From Stylophora pistillata (Eukaryota), in assembly GCF_002571385.2 (NCBI RefSeq), contig NW_019217790.1:1666083-1730082 (forward strand): a stretch of 64,000 nucleotides of DNA, given 5' to 3'. The translations under genes and the position numbers were made by a program. Shown in pieces: positions 63,002-64,000 of this stretch. Positions within the stretch are counted from its first letter, which is position 1; the number at the start of each line of letters is the position of its first letter. The notes beneath the pieces are model-generated. The model made no database searches. It was not told the DNA's origin and saw only the letters and a list, made by a program, of their open reading frames with translations.

Positions 63002-64000
63002 TTAGTCTCTATACATCTCGGAGGACCTTGAAAGAGAGAAATTGATGGTGAGTGTGCGAAAACGCGATGTAGACGAGGACGAGGCAAGCTCCCCTGGTTG
63101 TACGCCATCCCTCTTGCATAGGGATCTTAGTGCTCTGGAAAAATCTCGCTTGAGAAACGCGTATAAAATGGGATTTACGAGCGACACAGAAAAACGAATA
63201 AAGTCAACGGCCATAAATGGCTCCTGAGGCATTGCCTCCATGTTCAGCCCTGGGAGAAGAATGAAAAAGCCCGTGACATAAAACGACAGCCAGCAAATTA
63301 TGAAAATAGAGAGCATCGCCACAAAGATGATCAGGGCTCGCGCTTCTGTAGCAATTGGGGCACGTTGGCTGTTCGCGCTCGTAGCACGCGTGTTGTACAG
63401 GCCACGGATCTCCTTTATCTGGCGGTGGATCACCATGAACATGCTCACGTAGCTGATGGCCATGAACAGAGCTGGCAGAAAAAAACAGAACACAATTCCA
63501 ACGATGTTGTATGCCAGTGCGTACTGTTGAGAGGTCGAATCGCGAGGTTTGAAGAATCGTGTTGGATCTTCCCAGGTCAACTGGATAAGCGAGACGAACA
63601 TTGAGAACAACCAAACGCCAGCTATAGCTTTGAGAAGCCGCGGTGCCGTCACGATATTAATGTACTTCATTGGATACATTACATAGATGTACCTTTCTAA
63701 AGTCACCACAAGGATGTGGTACATGGTGGAGACTGCTATAAAGCGGTAGATCAGCACACCTGCTGTACAAACTCCAGCTTTTAAAACCGCATTACAGGCG
63801 ATAAAGAGAGGAATTCCTAGCAAGCCAACCAACAGATCGGACACGGCGAGACTGATGAGCAAGCTGTTCGTTTTTGTTTGTAGATATTCCCTGTAAAAGA
63901 ACAGCGAAATCACCAGCAAATTTATGGCAATTATCATCACGCTCAGAATTATCAGTGCACCATCATATGTTGGGTCAAAATATGTTTCCAGTTCGGTATC
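63002..64000 (-). CDS. Intronless rhodopsin-class GPCR (adenosine/amine-receptor-like orphan); 5' end off-window
   Basis: The frame is open to the window edge. Seven hydrophobic helices; SLAVSDLLVG; TLERY; TM4 Trp; ICWLSFY; NPILYAFLKRDF. Confidence 0.93.
   Translation of the reverse strand, partial: DTELETYFDPTYDGALIILSVMIIAINLLVISLFFYREYLQTKTNSLLISLAVSDLLVGLLGIPLFIACNAVLKAGVCTAGVLIYRFIAVSTMYHILVVTLERYIYVMYPMKYINIVTAPRLLKAIAGVWLFSMFVSLIQLTWEDPTRFFKPRDSTSQQYALAYNIVGIVFCFFLPALFMAISYVSMFMVIHRQIKEIRGLYNTRATSANSQRAPIATEARALIIFVAMLSIFIICWLSFYVTGFFILLPGLNMEAMPQEPFMAVDFIRFSVSLVNPILYAFLKRDFSRALRSLCKRDGVQPGELASSSSTSRFRTLTINFSLSRSSEMYRD

Overview
AT-rich, intron-rich animal genomic DNA. The repeat families and gene style suggest a cnidarian, probably a stony coral (inference). 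Genes were assembled by hand from GT-AG exons with consistent phases. They are: a GH35 beta-galactosidase (minus, runs off the left edge); a TBC-domain RabGAP of the GRTP1/TBC1D6 type (minus), head-to-head with WDR44 (plus); two tandem paralogs plus a near-identical partial third copy of an unusual ion-channel gene (minus); an SLC5A8/SMCT-type sodium:solute symporter (plus); and an intronless rhodopsin-class GPCR (minus, runs off the right edge). The channel genes are the highlight. Each encodes a signal peptide, an extracellular segment, M1, a K+-channel pore loop (TMTTVGYGD), an inner helix, a segment resembling a periplasmic-binding-protein lobe, an extra TM helix and a tail. This is a GluR0/iGluR-like K+-filter architecture. 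One paralog has an altered filter (TVGYSD), and the partial copy carries a stop codon just before the last TM helix. The ORF track misses the pore because an intron splits it. Introns and intergenic DNA hold MITEs, Penelope-like fragments with hammerhead-like motifs, a LINE fragment and minisatellites.
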